Source: Eledone cirrhosa (taxonomy: Eukaryota). Taken from it: a DNA stretch of 64,000 nucleotides. Positions 39,840 through 52,139 of the stretch are shown here, piece by piece. Position numbers and translations under genes: made by a program. The stretch spans positions 267,220,001 through 267,284,000 of the forward strand of contig OZ024742.1 in the NCBI GenBank assembly GCA_964016885.1, in the 5' to 3' direction. The notes below the pieces were generated by a model that was given only the letters and a program-made list of their open reading frames with translations, made no database searches and was not told the origin of the DNA. Numbering within the stretch: position 1 is the first letter of the stretch; each line of letters starts with the position of its first letter.

Positions 39840-41294
39840 AAATATAAATAACAATAACAGAATAGCAAGGAAAATACAACAATGAAAATTCCCGAACAGG
39901 GGGGATAATCACCAACGGTTGACTTAAGTGCCCATCCAAACCTGTACCACCCGACACTTCGAGAGCACCCGAGAAAGAAACCCCTCTCCTTCTCAAATTA
40001 AACAGCCTACAGGCTCATGCTCAGAGTATGCCCATTCACACAGGCCATTCTCGCCACATCCACCCACCTTTTAGCAAATGAACTGAGGAGCAGCACTTCT
40101 CTCTCCACCTTCACCTTCTTTTTCAAGTGAAACTTAAAACGTTGAGGAGAGATTAGTCTCAAAGAAAGGTGTCTGTCTTCAGTCCTTTCAACCTGGTCCA
40201 CCATATAAACATCTCTCCCTACCGCCACTAGACAAGGAAAATTGTCTGCCCTTCCTGGCCAAAAGAAGGCGGCGGGGCGATCTTCACTATGGACTCGGCC
40301 GATAGCCGGATCCGTTCCACACGCGACAACAGCTGTTAGACCTGACTTCCCAAGTCAGTACTACACAGACATTGGACGAATGCTTGCAGAACAGTATCGT
40401 CGCTCTTCGCGAATCTCGGACAAGTCCGTCTGACTTCACTTCCGTGCCAGTAGAGTTTATTTCAAACCAGCAGTAACCCCACTCCCCAGGCGACCTGCGG
40501 AAAGGCCCGTCTGACAAATGGCGACCACACCTATTTACCATGTAGCCAGAATATCTGCAGCTGCTGCAGCCTCAGCGCATATTTGCACATCATTAGTCAC
40601 GGCATGTCCAGCCCTCTGTGTAGAGGGTGCTGGCAACAGATGGACCGCCTCACCAACTGAACCTGTCCCCTCCAGAAGTTGAAGAGGAGCCACTCCAATT
40701 TCGCGGGGTGCAAACTGGGGCAACTATCTATATGACCCTATGCAGTTGGTCCAGTTTCATGGGAAAACATTGCCTTTTCTTAGCTGCAATAGCAGCGAAT
40801 GTATTCTTGTAGATGTTGTTCAAGTTATTGTTTTTGTTGCTGCCGTTGCTGCTAGTTGTCATGTCATTGTTACCATTGTTGTTGTTGGTGATGGTGGTGG
40901 TGCTAATTTTGTTGTTGGTATTGTTGTCGGTGAGGTTGCATGTTATAGTTGTAATTTTTACATTGTTCGCATTGGTGCTTGTGGTGGGTTTGCCATCCCT
41001 TCTCTCAACGTTTGACCTGCTGTCACGCCACAACAGACTCAATGTGTGTGTGTGTGGGGGGGGGGGGGGCGTGTCTTGCATATGTTTTTTTAAGAAAAGT
41101 TATTTTCGAAAAAAATAAAGAGTAAATATTTGGGCCCGAAGGCCCAAATATTATGCTATTGCCTTCACACAGGGCAAAGACGGGTGTCTCATGACACCTC
41201 TGTCACAAAAATACAACAATTACTTCAATGCAAAAATTTGGAAATAAACCAACTCACGGAGCTCACAAAAACACGTCTTCACAGTCCGACAACC
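39840..41294 (-). mobile_element. Internally deleted Tx1-clade element (5'UTR, ORF1 N-terminus, ORF2 C-terminus, part of 3'UTR)
   Basis: Asn/Thr-rich ORF1 start (ORF 40728-41081) and KRWVDVARMACVNG..LSMSL C-terminus (ORF 40007-40228). The 5'UTR resembles 20880-21049. Confidence 0.8.
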
Positions 41295-41399
41295 AAGAAT
41301 AATATTTCCCTGCCTTCTTGTGAAGTGATAATAATGCAAGATTTAAAATAAACGAAATATTTCTAATCTGGTATAGGTCAAGAAAAGAACAGAAACACA

Positions 41400-42960
41400 C
41401 AGTCAATAGACGCCTAAGACAATGGGATTATTAACGAAAGAGACGTTAAAACAGAAAACACACGCTATACCAGATGAAAGCAGGCAACAATTGATGAGCC
41501 GAAGTTTGTAATATTGTCTCTTGAGTAGCTGACCAAATTACATACCCCAACAAAATGTCTATTAACAGAAGGATAAAAATTGCAAAATAATAAGCACGAC
41601 TGCTTAGAAGGAAAAATAGCAACGAAGGTGATAGGCAATCACTTACACGACATTCCAACCTCAGATATGGTGTATGCTATAGAAAAAGCAATTGTAAGCG
41701 GAAGCCATATTTTGTTTATCGATTAGTTGAAAGCTTACCAGGAGAATGAGGAAGTACTTGAAGTAGCAGATTGTTTGCAGGCAATTTCTGATACAGGAGC
41801 TTGTTATAGAGTTTCAAAGTTGGAATTCACTCGAGAGAAATGACTAAAGGGGCGGGAGATAATGTCTGAAAAGTTGGAAGCATATATATGTTGTTGGGAG
41901 TAGAGCAAATACATAAACACGATGTTCACAGAGTATTGTAGACAGCCAAATGAGAAATTTTGAAACGCTTACAAAATATTTTATGGAAAATATCAACAGG
42001 AAAGTAATCCTTGTAACTCCTTATCCAATGAATGTCTGCTATTTTCCAAGAATTAAAAGTATTTGTTATGCAAAAGTTTAGGACAAAGAATTTCATCTAG
42101 TGACGAAAGATTGTACTTATACCGTAAAAATGGAGGATGGGCATAACAGTATTTACATGATATATATAATGTGTCAAATTTGAGTGGACTTTTATTTAGC
42201 AAACGCAAGTAGTAAGTGGTTCTGAGTATCCGGTCCAAGAGAAACAACCAGTAAATACACATGTATTAAGAGAGAAGTAGGAAAATCTCTTGATGAAATA
42301 GATTTAAGCATCAAATTCATTGATCACCAGATAAACTTTGAAGTTGCCTGGAAAGAGTGTTTGGAGAAAGTTAAAAGAAAATGTATAAAGCACAAACCAA
42401 ACTAAAGATTAGAACTTATGGCATGAAGGAAGTGCAAATCAAAAAGCGTATCAGGTGGCTTGAAAGCAAGATGGATCCGGGAAAGACGGCATAAATACTG
42501 AGCATACAGGAAAAAATAGTGGCGACTAAGGTATGAAAAACCAGTAGAGATCAGCCAACAGAAACAGATATGTGTACATTTTGCATTGAGAAAAACGAAG
42601 CAGCTCACAATTCAGTATCGGGTTGCAAGGTATTAATTTCCTTTTATATTTGCATGGACAACGGAATAGGGGCTGTTTGATGAAAGTGCAATTTGGTGCA
42701 GAGGCAACTAGGAGAAGTGTAAAGTGCTAGAAAAGGACAAATCAAAATTTTTATTGGATTTTGAGTACCTATTCAGAAAAACTTGCACAACAAGGGAGTC
42801 ATACCTATGAAGCACAAAAGAAAATGTATTTGTGTGACATCCCATGCCATAGGAATAATTGAGATTAGCATTGGTGCAGGCATGGAAAGGACTGAAAAAA
42901 ACTTGAAGAAACTTATAAAAAACAAGAAAGCCCGTGATTCTACAGTGCAGGATATCTAGA
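41400..42960 (+). pseudogene. Very old LINE reverse-transcriptase remnant
   Basis: Purine-rich tract with HILFID*LKAY (FxDxxKAF/YD-like) at ~41705; otherwise heavily decayed. Confidence 0.35.
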
Positions 42961-43184
42961 AATTAGTTTTCAGGGTAAGTGGAACCATGTCCCAGTACGT
43001 AATCTCAATTGTAACAAGAAAAACAACAGAAAAAGAACAAAAAAAAAACAAAACAAGACAAGGAAAAAAAAACAATGAGAACTGTAGAGGTATCCATACG
43101 GTATTGACACTTTTGGATAAGAGCTAATAAATTTTGTTAACTGAAATCTCGGCTGAAATGAGCTATAACACATCCAATAATAAT

Positions 43185-43410
43185 GATGATACTGATTTCT
43201 ATTATAGGCGCAAGGCCAGCAATGCTGGGGAAGGAAACATTGATTAAATCAACCCTAGTGCTTTTCTGGTACTTTATTTTGTCGACCCAGTAAGGATGAA
43301 AGGCAAAGCTAACATCGACAGGATTTGAACTCAGAACGAAAAGGGCCGTAACTAAATGCCTCAAACAATTTTGTCCGGCGCTCAAACGATTCTGTCAAAC
43401 CACCACTTCA
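43185..43410 (-). mobile_element. tRNA-derived SINE, near full-length
   Basis: Head, B-box, body and (ATT)n-like tail. Confidence 0.85.
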
Positions 43411-45051
43411 TTTAGGATTTAACTGGTCCTATTTTATCGATGATGAGAGGCAAATTTGAGCTCTTTAGGATTAACACACAGAATATAAAACAGAATATAA
43501 AACCTAAAATGAAAGAAGATTATCTGACACCAGACTATGTTGTATCTGGGAGGAGACTATGTTATGTACAAGCAGGGTTGTTGAATTAGGTAATGTTTTC
43601 TTTATTGATCTCACAACGAGACTTACAGTAAATTATTATGGACAATCTAGAAAGAAGGGTAAACATGATTATTTTGCTCCTATAATGTTCTTAATTATAA
43701 TACTACGTATAATAGGGAATTGTGATGGAGATTGAGGGGTGAATGAAAAGTTAGTAAGAGGGATAACGAAGTAGAACGAGAAGGAAAACACTAGAGTTGA
43801 CAACAAAGCTATAGTTCAGTGCAGGTAAGGAATTTGCATTTGATGTGGGGTGTCATTGGAGGTAATTGTGAACTTTGTGTAACATGTTTTATCTCTGTCC
43901 TATGGTGTTGGTTATTTGAGTCAGTACAATTGTGTTACAGAATCGTATCAGATATCCAGTGACCTGTTTAAACTTGCTAAAAATATAAGATCTTTTTTTA
44001 GGTAAATCTCAGTCGTTTGATGCGGCTTTTTCTATGCACTACAAATATTTTTCTTCCCTTTGATATTGATTGATTTTTCTCTAATATTCTTCACATTATA
44101 TTAAACTTTGTTCCATTGTCATTTACTTTTAATATGTCTCGTCAGATTTATGCAATATTTTATTGTTGATCTAACAACTTGTAGCATTTTATATAACAGA
44201 GCTTAAATCTGTCCTTTGTCATAGGTATATACGTTTCGTGTTTATCATTAAGTTTAGGGCCAGTGGAGGAGACTTCATCTTCGAATACAACTGCTTGCGC
44301 GTTGAAGGACAGATTGTTGTTACATGGTTCTCACGAATGGTCCTTAGGTTTTTCGTGTAGGTTGTGGAACTGTAGATATTTTAGAGCTTCTGTGCATTGA
44401 GACTTAGACTGTATTAGTGGCATATGAGGAACAGTTTGTTTATTAAATCTAAAACGTTGCTAAATATATTTGACAACTACTCCTTATTTACAAGTACATA
44501 CAGTGTGTGTTTGTGGAGAAGTAAGGTGATTGAGAAAGAGATGGTGGTCTTCTACAGATGTGCGTTTTCACGATACACAACATTCAGAGGATACAACAAG
44601 TGGATATGCATGTAATTGCCCAAAGAGTTTGAAGCAGCAGCTACTTGCCGTTTTTGTTTATGAAAAAATATTGTAAAATATAGCCATGTAATCGTATCTA
44701 AAATTATAAAAATAGAATTTTACTCCCTATCAATGTACAAGGCGGGAGAAGGAAATGGCTTAGCATTTTATGTATTTCTGCAATTGCTCAAGTGTGAGCG
44801 TGATGCATTAATTATAGGTGAGTTAAAATATCTTGAGGCAAAATAAGATAACGTGGTATAATCTAAAATGGATAGAAAATTACAATCCAACCAGTTAATT
44901 ACATTTGTATTATATGTAATGACAGCAAAATCTTTTCAATGTATGCACAAGCATAAAACTGCACACACAGTCATATATATGTGTGTATGTGTAAATACAT
45001 ATGCATGCATATATATATGTATATATGTGTATATGCATATCATATGAATAC

Positions 45052-45099
<48 letters not shown>

Positions 45100-45201
45100 G
45101 CGCATAATAAAATATATGGAACTTTTTAAACCATCTTTTAATTTCTTCTTATATATCTCTCTCTATATATATACATATGTATGTATGTATATATGTATAT
45201 A

Positions 45202-45639
45202 TAAGAGTCGATGGCCATCCAAAATCACCGGGAGAGATGACCCCTTAGCCTTTGTCAAGGCAGAATTCTAGGAGAAGGAAAACTCTGATATAACACCTGC
45301 AACCCTGATCGTATCCAATAATGTTGACTTGTTCTTCTTTTTGGTAAATATCATCTTGGTTAAGAGAGTGGAGACTGGCTTTGTGCAGTGCCTTTGCTCA
45401 CTATAAAAGCTTCACGGCACAGGCATTGCTTTATATCTGGAGATCTCTCTGCACTTGTCGTCACATGGTGCCATGGGCCCAGCACTATGTGTCAATAATT
45501 GTCACAAGTGTAGTGTTTGTACCAGAGTTTTCAAGTCGCTGGCTGGACTAAAAAGTCACACTCGTTCAGCGCATCGGTAGGGGTTCTCCTACATGGATAT
45601 AAAGTAGTGGCCGTACTCGAAAACGAGTTGGCAGCCACC
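45202..45639 (+). mobile_element. RTE-type non-autonomous element, 5'-truncated unit 5
   Basis: Matches the 3' ~435 bp of units 1, 3 and 4; preceded by mixed TATG/TA repeat and followed by (AT)n. Confidence 0.75.
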
Positions 45640-45670
<31 letters not shown>

Positions 45671-46121
45671 TACATTCAGACACACACACACACACACAGC
45701 TATCTATATAAATTTATATCTGCATACATTCAGAGTGGGTAATGGGGACTGCAGACTTGTGTATATAAATATACACACATTTAATATGTAGTCATGTATA
45801 CATGCCAGAAATTTCAAATGTCCCTCTAGATTGAGAAAAATGATAAATGTATATTTATATACACACAGATCTTACACTTCTGCTACTAGCCCACGTCTTT
45901 ATTTATATATATATATAATTAATATATGTGATTATAGTGTGATAGCGCACTATTTTCATAGTTGAGATGAGTTTAGCTCAATGCACATTTTCACCTTCCT
46001 TCTTCAGTAGCAGAGCATTTATAATTCAAAATTCAATAAGACCAAGGATTAATATTATTCTTATTTATTTATTTATACATCTACAAATGTTTCAATGTGC
46101 CTAGAATATTTCATCAATTGT

Positions 46122-46161
<40 letters not shown>

Positions 46162-46434
46162 CATCAACTGTGGAGAAAAAACCGATATTTTCAGTTAAGT
46201 AACTCCTTTATACGTTTTTTATTCTAAGCCGTATCTCTTCGGAAAATATATTAAAAAATAACAATAACTTGTTTGAGACAAATTATCAAGAATTATGCAA
46301 GATTCTTAGTACAAAGGCAGACGTATAAACGTGTGAAATATATTTATTTGGACATGCAAGAGATAAAGAGTTATGGCTGTTGATAATTTGTATTATAATT
46401 TTAAACAAGTTATAATTGTTATTTATTATATTTC

Positions 46435-46610
46435 CTATCGGCAGATGGTCGGACGCCATGCTTTGCAGCAAAGAGTTACGGCCCTTTATGATCTGAGTTC
46501 AAATCCCGCCGAGGTTAACTTTGCCTTTCATCCTTACGGGGTAGATAAAATAAACTACCAGTAATAGACTAGGATAATTGCTGGCCTTGTGCCAAAAGTA
46601 GAAACAATTA
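46435..46610 (+). mobile_element. tRNA-derived SINE
   Basis: gagttcaaatcccgccgaggttaactttgcctttcatcc...gctggccttgtgccaaaagtagaaac. Confidence 0.85.
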
Positions 46611-47042
46611 TATTTCCTGAAGAGGTGCGGCCTAGAATAAAGCACTGAAAATGGAATTACTTAACTGATATCTTTTTTGTGTTCTTCAAAATTGATGAAA
46701 TATTCTGGTCGCGTTGAAACGTTGGGAGATGTAGAAATGTATAATAATAATATTAATACATGGTCACACACACACACACACACACACGCACCCCCCCCCC
46801 CCACATTTAAATTTGTTTCGCATCAATTAAGTGAAATTTACTATTCCTGTGCTCTTCTGCAGGTATCCAGAAATTGGTAAGTTTCACTTCAAAATACTTA
46901 AGAAGACTGAGAGAAATGTGTTGCTGAACGCACATGTGTCACAGCGCCTAGCTCGTCCCATAATCGTGCCGCTAAAAATAGCAGCCGGTTTTATGGGACT
47001 AAAAATTAGCTCTACGTATGGAGCCGAGAATATTGTACATAT

Positions 47043-47469
47043 AGTTATTAAATCAAATAGTCTTTTACAAATAAATAGCTCAAAGAAAGGAATATTTCCG
47101 AGCCGTGTAATACAAATGAATATATGATAAGGATAAACACTGATACAATTATACATGTGTTTGCATTGCAAATGACCAAGTTAGCTAGATTGAAAAATAC
47201 TAATTAAAATAATACGGTTTGCCTGTCTCTATTTAAAATAATATTATTATTTTAAAATAAAATAATATTATTATTTTAAATCGCGACAGGCAAACCGTAT
47301 TATTTTAATTAGTATTTGTCAATCTAGCTAACTTAGTCATTTGCAATGCGAACACATGTATAATTGTATCAGTGTTTATCCTTATCATATATTCATTTGT
47401 ATTACACGGCTCGGAAATATTCGTTTCTTTGAGCTATTTATTTGTAAAAGACTATTTGATTTAATAACT
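47043..47469. repeat. Long palindrome, ~200-bp arms with few mismatches
   Basis: ORFs 46884-47171(-) and 47341-47598(+) begin with nearly the same peptide; the centre holds two aaaataatattattatttt units. Confidence 0.95.
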
Positions 47470-47559
47470 CTCTATATAATATATATAAACATAGGTATTT
47501 TCAGGGAATGTAGGAATTCCAAGCACAGGAAAGACGCTAATAATAGTCGATTACAAAGA

Positions 47560-47725
47560 ATAATAATTTCTAATTTAGGCACAAGGACAGCAATTTGAAG
47601 GGGAAGGGAAGGTCAATTAAATCGACCCCAGTGCATTACTAGTACATTATGTTATCGATCCCGTGAAGGAGAAAGGCAAAGCTAACCTCGGCAGGAATTG
47701 AACTCAGAACATAAAGAACCGTATT
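47560..47725 (-). mobile_element. tRNA-derived SINE, 5'-truncated
   Basis: Same SINE body as the other copies. Confidence 0.8.
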
Positions 47726-47746
47726 CAAGGAATAATAACATAGGAC

Positions 47747-47856
47747 ATTGTAAAATAATCCAATGGATTTATGTTATATATTCCTTATATTAAGTTGAAT
47801 AATGGCTTAACTTGTGAAATCTCATCTACAGAAACAACCACAGATACATGCGCGCG

Positions 47857-47887
<31 letters not shown>

Positions 47888-47891
47888 TCAT

Positions 47892-47929
<38 letters not shown>

Positions 47930-47952
47930 TCATACACACACACATACATACA

Positions 47953-47990
<38 letters not shown>

Positions 47991-47996
47991 GTGTGT

Positions 47997-48045
<49 letters not shown>

Positions 48046-48194
48046 GTATGTGTGTGTGTATGAATATATATATATGTGTGTGTGAGCGCGCATGTATCTG
48101 TGGTTGTTTCTGTAGATGAGATTTCACAAGTTAAGCCATTATTCAACTTACTATAAGGAATATATAACATAAATCCATTGGATTATTTTACAAT
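47747..48194. repeat. Palindrome with ~110-bp unique arms and mirrored CA/TA/TG microsatellite core
   Basis: ORFs 47771(+) and 48170(-) start with the same peptide. Confidence 0.95.
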
Positions 48195-48199
48195 CCTTG

Positions 48200-48238
48200 T
48201 ATGTATAGGTGCATATATCCATCGAATTTTACAAATGA

Positions 48239-48286
<48 letters not shown>

Positions 48287-48325
48287 TCACTTGTAAAATT
48301 CGATGGATATATGCACCTATACATA
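48200..48325. repeat. Palindrome centred on (TA)n, ~43-bp arms
   Basis: tatgtataggtgcatatatccatcgaattttacaa..gagtg-(TA)n-cactc..ttgtaaaattcgatggatatatgcacctatacata. Confidence 0.95.
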
Positions 48326-50663
48326 TATACACATTCACACAAGGATCTGTGAAGAAATATTATCAACATTGAAAATAAATATGTCATCATTGCCGTTGAA
48401 AATACTTCCGGAAGCAAGTTGAAACGGCTGGGCATACCGTCGAGATATCTTTTAGTATACCCACTCGGCATCTCATCATGCATTGAGTAGTACAATCATT
48501 TGTTATCTTTCGGATCTTCATACCACAGGCCCTTTTCTATGTATTTAAGTTATTATTTATCTCTGCCTACCTCTCTCTCATTCACTCTCACTATCCCTTT
48601 CTCTCTCTCTTTCTTTATATATATATATATATGTATATATATACACCACACACATATATATATATGTATATATACACCACACACCACACACATATATATA
48701 TATATATATATAGTGAGAGAGGAAGTGGGTGGGTGTGTGTGTGTTTGTGTGTGTGTGAAAGATAGTGAGAAAACCAGTGATTAACAAAATGATAGATGCA
48801 TATAGAAAGAGAAGAAACATGGAGACATAGACTTACACCAACCAATTTTACTACCATTAAAACTATCACTTCCACCTTGACTACCACTATCACACTACTG
48901 CCATTACATCCACCCCTATCACGACTGTTGTCGCTGTAGGCACGACCACAACCACTTCTACTACAATTGTTCCACTAATATATTAATAAAATCTGAAATA
49001 AAATACAACACTGGTGAAAAGACTGTTATATTTCTTTCTGTAAGATAAGAAGAATGCCATTATGGAAATATGTCATGTTTTTCTTTTGCTTCGTTTTCAA
49101 TTTATTTAATATTTTATTTTCAAAATTTTCGTATGCAAAATAATTGTACAATCTGGAAAAATGTAAAGAGACGGTCTTTAAAATCCTATTGGTTGAATGA
49201 GATTATCTGAATTCTTAACGACCAAAGTTTAATTTCCGGTTTGGCCTTGAATTAAAGAAAGAGATTTTATGATAGGGTCTTGGAAACTATATTAACAAGC
49301 GAAAACAAAAATTAAAAGAGAAAGATGTGAGGAGAGCTAGCGCTGGTTGTAAATGAGTTGTGGATAAAGGAATGTGTGACAGTCAAATTAGATTAAAAAA
49401 ATTCCTTGGTTATATTGTTTATTATATGTGATTATGGGTAAAGATGGATAGTTTCATTGTCTTGCGCAGTCAAATATGAGCTAGATTGCTATATCTATGC
49501 ATGGATAAGGACCTGCATAAATAGATGAAGATTGTGGTGGTGGGAATTTAATGTCAGGCTAGGTGGATCAATAGACCAATATGTGGAGATGTATAGAATA
49601 TTATGTTTAGTTTGGTGAATATATGGAGGATAGTTGATGGATGAATGATTATGGGTTCGTCTATATACAAAATTAAGGGAACGATAGATAATTATTGGAT
49701 AAGTGGATGTGTGCCTGAATTGATTGGTATATGGGTGGATAGGAATAATTGAGTGGCTTGTTGGATAATATATAGGAATGATCGAAGAATCCACGTGTAG
49801 CTACGAATGTTAATGTTTACTTAAATCAGAGGTTCTGATAGTGGGCGCTACCACCCCGGGGTTCATTGAGAAGGTCCAGGGGCCGCTGGAGTCTAAGAAG
49901 GCTGTGTGCCGGTAGAATTGATATAAATGAATATTAAATATCAAATGATACATTTATATAAATATAGTAAAATAAAAAATGTATATTTACTTATACATAG
50001 TATATATTATATTATTTACTATATATAAGTTAACGATTTTATTATATTATTTACAATTTGCGTGTAGGCAGGTCTCTCTGGAAATAGCGGTGGGGGCGAT
50101 GAAGGTATTACGTGACATGGAGGGGGTGGGATGGCTCAAAAGACTTAAATGAATAAATGGAAAATGGAAAGGATATATAACAGAAGGATGGAAGGATGAG
50201 TCAAATATAATGATGAACAATGATAAAACATTGATGAATGAACAGAAGAATGTGAGAGCCAGTGGTGAGCCTTGATAGCCAACCCTTCATTATTTTCATA
50301 GTTATATGTGTATCAGAAATGATAAAATTGTTTTAGGAAGATTTGTTCCAACAGATACCGCAAACAAAATACAATTTGTTGCGAGCGTTTGGATCACTGG
50401 TCATTGGCGCTGCTTTTTCCTAAACTAAATAAAAAAAAAAAGAAAATATTCATAGTCAAGATATAACACTATACAGTAGATCAAAAACGGTAGATCGCTT
50501 GACAAATCTCCCCCAATATTCCGACTAAATAAGTCATGAGAGCACTGGACAAAAACCTTTATTTTTGTTTAGTTCCAGAAACGTGTAACCGTGACATGAG
50601 TCATTGGAAATGAGACCATCATGCGTTTATATACATATGTATGTATGACTATATGTATAGTCT

Positions 50664-50824
<161 letters not shown>

Positions 50825-51914
50825 GGAAAGTAGAAAGATATATTCAAATCCCGAATGAAAGTAGATATAGACATCCAAGATTAAATGCCAAGCATAGATG
50901 CAGCATGTAACTCAATGTTTATTTATGAAATCCTAATAAGCGCTGTGATATATGCAAAGTTAAAGCTTATGAGAGGTTAGTTATGCATATAGGAGATAAC
51001 CATTACGTTTTAGAATCAGAATTAAATGGAGGCGAATCAAGTAACACTCATTAAATAAGTTTATTCACTTACAATTGTTTCTAGTGTCAAATTTTAAGAG
51101 TAAGAATTCAAAACCAAATGGCAGGAATCTGATACTTTAACTAGAATTAATAATGGGTTCTTGGTATTTTAAGATATTAAGAACCTCTTTTGTATATGGA
51201 AAATGTCTGAATGATTACTTTTATAGGATAATATTTAAGAATTCTGTGTGTGTACTTTAATTTAAACTCAATAACATATATGAGAGAATAGTGCATATGT
51301 ATAATTTATGGTTTATATTTAATTTACTGTAAAGACCAATATAATTATGACAGAGTAATACAACATACGTAAATCTATACCCAGTAATATTTTACATGAG
51401 AGTAGAGTTATTAACCCTAAGTTAAATTTAAATATTATAACATTTAGAAATATCGTATATTTATTTTACTGTGAAGTCCAAGACTTTGCAACAGATGTAA
51501 TTTAAAAATCAATAACCAGGATATTAATCTACTGCCATTAACTCATTAACTTAGAGCTTAACAAACCATGCACAGTTACTTATCTCAGATATAAAAGTAT
51601 ATAATCAGTACAAGAGAATTAGTGTTCAAAAATTAGGAGTACATAATTAAGAGATTATAGGCATTATTGCAGGGCTGTAAGTTATATTATAGGAGAGGCA
51701 AGTGGTACATATGTAATTTAATAATTAATAATTTGTGTATTAATAAAGTCATTAACCTATAGCGAAACAAAATATCCAAACCTACATATCGTAATCATAA
51801 AGTTGTTCAATCAGTACCAAAGAATAGGTGTTCAAACTTATAGGTGTACATAGTTAAGATATTAAATGCGTTAGTTCAGGGCTATAAGTTATATTATCAT
51901 TACACAAAGCAAAT

Positions 51915-52100
51915 AATTGTTTCTACTTTTGGCACAAGGCCAGCAATTACCCGTTACATTACTGGTACTTTATTTTATCGACCCCATAAGGATGAAAGGC
52001 AAAGTTAACCTCGACGGGATTTGAACTCAGATCGTAAAGGGACGTAACTATGCTAGAAAACATTGTGTCCAACCCTCTACCGATACTGCCAATTCCCCCA
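51915..52100 (-). mobile_element. tRNA-derived SINE
   Basis: Same family as 18285-18475. Confidence 0.85.
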
Positions 52101-52139
52101 TGCAAAGTAAATAATAGTATGTAGGCTCAAGTATGGGGC

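Noticed and set aside
44100-44660. Possible further Penelope-like remnant on the minus strand
   Set aside because: Only vague compositional similarity; no motif could be read with confidence.
49827-50140. Possible hAT-type MITE (cagaggttct... start)
   Set aside because: No matching second TIR or 8-bp TSD identified.
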